DNA of 64,000 bases from Octopus vulgaris. Taxonomy: Eukaryota. The position numbers and the translations under genes were made by a program. The stretch spans positions 43,586,001 to 43,650,000 of the forward strand of contig OX597835.1 in NCBI GenBank assembly GCA_951406725.2, in the 5' to 3' direction. Below the pieces are notes generated by a model. That model worked only from the letters and a program-made list of their open reading frames with translations, was not told the origin of the DNA and did no database searches. Shown here in pieces: positions 61,024 to 64,000 of this stretch. Every line of letters starts with the position of its first letter. Position 1 is the stretch's first letter.

Positions 61024-61236
61024 TGTGTGTGTTTGTGTGTCTGTGTTTGTCCTCCTAGCATTGCTTGACAACCGATGCTGGTGTGTTTATGTTCCCGTTA
61101 CTTAGCGGTTCGGCAAAAGAGACCGATAGAATAAGTACTGGGCTTACAAAAGAATAAGTCCTGGGGTCAAGTTGCTCAATTAAAAGGCGGTGCTCCAGCA
61201 TGGCCGCAGTCAAATGACTGAAACAAGTAAAAGAGT
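60817..61236 (+). mobile_element. SINE family A
   Basis: Full-length copy. Confidence 0.9.
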
Positions 61237-61764
61237 ATTATTAAGGTGGCGAGCTGGCAGAATCGTTAGCACGCCGGACGAAGTGCTTAGCAGTATTTCA
61301 TCTGCCACTACATTCTGGGTTCAAATTCCCCCGAGGTCGACTTTGCCTTTCATCCTTTCGGGGTCGATAAATTAGGTACCAGTAGAGTTCTGGAGGTGAT
61401 GTGATCGACTATCCCCCTCCCCGCAAATTCCAGGCCTTGTGCCTTTAGTAGAAAGGATATTTGAGCAGCATCAATTTCATTAGTTGCTAAGGGTCTGCAA
61501 AGGTCATGACCGCTTGCCTTTGATTAATTATGCCCTCCTCCCCAAACCTACCTCACTCTTGAGATAAAAAAAAATATGGAAGTAAGGAAACCAGCTGTAA
61601 TTGAGGATTGAACTCAGATTCATTGATGAAACGGATGGACAGACAGACAAACAGGGTGGGTGGCTGGGACGGTCACAATTTGGAATCAATGTTGATTATC
61701 GAATCTCAGATTTGCTCAACAGGAAGGGGGCTGACCTGGGGCCAAACAACAAAGGGTGACATAC

Positions 61765-61941
61765 CTTCTCCATTTCCTGGGAATCCGTATTTTTCAATGA
61801 TACCCATCTCAATTTGTGTTGCTAACGGGAAAACAAGTTGCATAGTTTTCAACATGTCGTTGCCAGCACTCTCCCGGGCCTCGTCTAATTGAGCAACGTT
61901 CTCTTCCTTGTTCAGTGTGTCGAGGATTTCGTTAAGGACCA
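61765..61941 (-). CDS. C12orf57: Protein C10 (C12orf57/Grcc10 homologue), internal exon; first exon not found, probably beyond the window
   Basis: VLNEILDTLNKEENVAQLDEARESAGNDMLKTMQLVFPLATQIEMGIIEKYGFPGNGEG resembles C10 (DEARDNACNDMGKMLQFVLPVATQIQ..YGF..DGEG); tttcag and GTATGT splice sites. Confidence 0.9.
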
Positions 61942-61975
61942 CTGAAACAAAACAAACAAATTGTCTAAATCAGGA

Positions 61976-62329
61976 CTTTACTCTTTTAGTTGTTTCAGTC
62001 ATTTGACTGCGGCCATGCTGGAGCACCGCCTTTAGTCGAGCACATCGACTCCAGAACTTATTCTATCGGTCTGTTTTGCCGAACCGCGAAGTAACAGGGA
62101 TGTAAACACACCAGCATCGGTTGTCAAGCGATGTTGGGGAGACAAACACAGACACACACATATACGACAGGCTTCTTTCAGTTTCCGTCTACCAAATCAA
62201 CTCACAAAGCTTTGGTCAGCCCGAGGCTATAGTAGAAGACACTTGCCCAAGGTGCCATGCAGTGGGACTGAACCTGGAACCATGTGGTTGGTAAGCAAGC
62301 TACTTACCACACAGCCACTCCTGCGCCTA
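61976..62329 (-). mobile_element. SINE family A
   Basis: Reverse copy just upstream of the C10 exon acceptor. Confidence 0.9.
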
Positions 62330-62935
62330 TCAATTTTTATTATTTTATTATTATTTTTTTCTGGTATTATGTCTTGAGTTCAAATCCCGCCAAAGGACTT
62401 TGCCTTTTATCCCTTATATGGTTTAGTTGAAGAAATGAGGGTTGATATAATCAATTAATCTCCCACCCTGACCCCACAAATTTCAGGCTTTGAGCCTATA
62501 TTAGAAAGGTTTGTTACTCGTATAATTTCTGACAGATCCATCCATGGCATTCTCCATCACATGCAACACATCATGGGACAGATTGCGAATAGATCTGGCT
62601 TTGGCAGGGGCAGACCACCAGTTTGGATCAGTCCAAGGTATTTGACAGGGTAGACCATCGCCATCTGGTGGCTGTCCTAAAATCTATCTTCAGAGGCTGC
62701 ATCACCGCAATGTAGAGTGGCATTTGTTTGGTGGTCAAATTAAAGAGCAACTTCTTGGAACCTTTCAGCATTGAATGTTTGGTCTTTGCTAAGAATGCAA
62801 TTTTTTTAGTTGAAGGAGATAACCAAAAAGTACTGAATTGTCGACCAAGTCTTGACTGTTGCAGAGATCCAAGATGAAGAATGATCTGATGAAGATTTCT
62901 GATCACCCTTTTGCATAGTTACATTGCATAATTAA

Positions 62936-64000
62936 TGGCATGGCTGTGTGGTAAGAAGCTTGCTTCCTAACCACATGGCTCTGGGTTCAATCCCACTGCA
63001 TAGCATCTTGGGCAAGTGTCTTCTACTATACCTTCAGGCTGATCAAAGCCTTGTGAGCGGATTTGGAAGACGGAAACTGAAAGAAGCCTGTCGTATATTA
63101 TATATACATGCATATGCTATGTGTGTTTCTCCCCCCACCATCGCTTGACAACTGGTGTTGGTGTATTTACGTCCACGTAACGTAGCAGTACAGCAAAAGA
63201 CACTGATAGAATAAGTTCCTGACTTTAAAAAAAAAGGGTCCTATGGTCGATTATTCGACTAAAACCCTTCAAAGTGGGGCTCCAGTATGGTCGCAGTCAA
63301 AGGACTGAAACAAGTCAAAAACAAAAGATGTTTCTAATTAAAATACCTGTAAATTAACAGAATATTTTCCCCTCTACGTAGCAAACATGTTTTTTTTTAA
63401 AATTAAAGTGTTTTTATTCCTACCCTTAAGTAAAAAAGAAATAAATAAAATAAAAAAAGGGGAAAAAGCCTGTCGTATATATGTATATATATATATGTGT
63501 GTGTGTGTGTGTTTGTGTCTGTGTTTGTCCCCCTAGCATTGCTTGACAACCGATGCTGGTGTGTTTACGTCGCCGTCACTTAGCGGTTCGGCAAAACAGA
63601 CCGATAGAATAAGTACTGGGCTTACAAAGAATAAGTCCCGGGGTCGATTTGATCGACTAAAGGCGGTGCTCCAGCATGGCCGCAGTCAAATGACTGAAAC
63701 AAGTAAAAGAGTAAAAGAGTAAAGAGTAATACTTTGTTTTAGGGATTTCATGTAAACTATATTCATACACAAACCTCATTATACCGAAATTTCAATTAAT
63801 TATAAAGCTGAGCCTTCCAATCACAGTTTCGGATTCAGTCCCAGAGAATGGCACCTTGGGCAAGTGTCTTCTACTTTCGCCCTGGGCACCGATCAAAGCC
63901 TTGTGAGTGGACTTGGGTAGCTGAAGAAGGAAAGCAGCTCGTTACACACAGACTGTCTGTCTCCGATAATCTGCGTTTGTTTATGTCCCCGTAACTTAGA
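62936..64000 (+). mobile_element. Three further SINE A copies or fragments
   Basis: 62936-63325, 63468-63728 and 63810-64000. Confidence 0.8.

Noticed and set aside
62540-62906. Non-repetitive block with a 92 aa ORF in the C10 intron
   Set aside because: No recognisable domain or convincing splice sites; possibly old LINE debris, but not supportable.

Overview
AT-rich, very repeat-dense eukaryotic genomic DNA. The repeat content (tRNA-derived SINEs, RTE 3' ends with (GAT)n tails, (TA)n/(CA)n/(AAT)n microsatellites) suggests an octopus or other coleoid cephalopod; this is inferred, not shown. Four spliced housekeeping genes can be assembled by hand with GT-AG sites and consistent intron phases: ZZZ3 (+, 8 coding exons, 14158-31317, 441 aa), OSTC/DC2 (-, 4 exons, 43188-31822, 149 aa), MRPS2 (+, 3 exons, 47090-53227, 282 aa) and the last two exons of a C12orf57/C10 homologue (-). 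Most remaining sequence is transposon debris: mariner, Tc1, piggyBac and TTAA MITEs, RTE, CR1, R4/Dong-like and CRE-like LINE ends, a Helitron-like element and several SINE families. Most of the supplied ORFs are spurious. The most notable signals are: (1) several divergent minimal type I hammerhead ribozyme motifs, including a tRNA-headed tandem hammerhead repeat on the sense strand of ZZZ3 intron 6; (2) long palindromes; (3) one TTAGGG-bearing TIR element found in the same relative orientation just upstream of two different genes; (4) a local copy of the MRPS2 3' end; (5) a ZZZ3 ZZ finger lacking the Asp that binds the H3 tail. All coordinates were read by eye and repeat boundaries are approximate.
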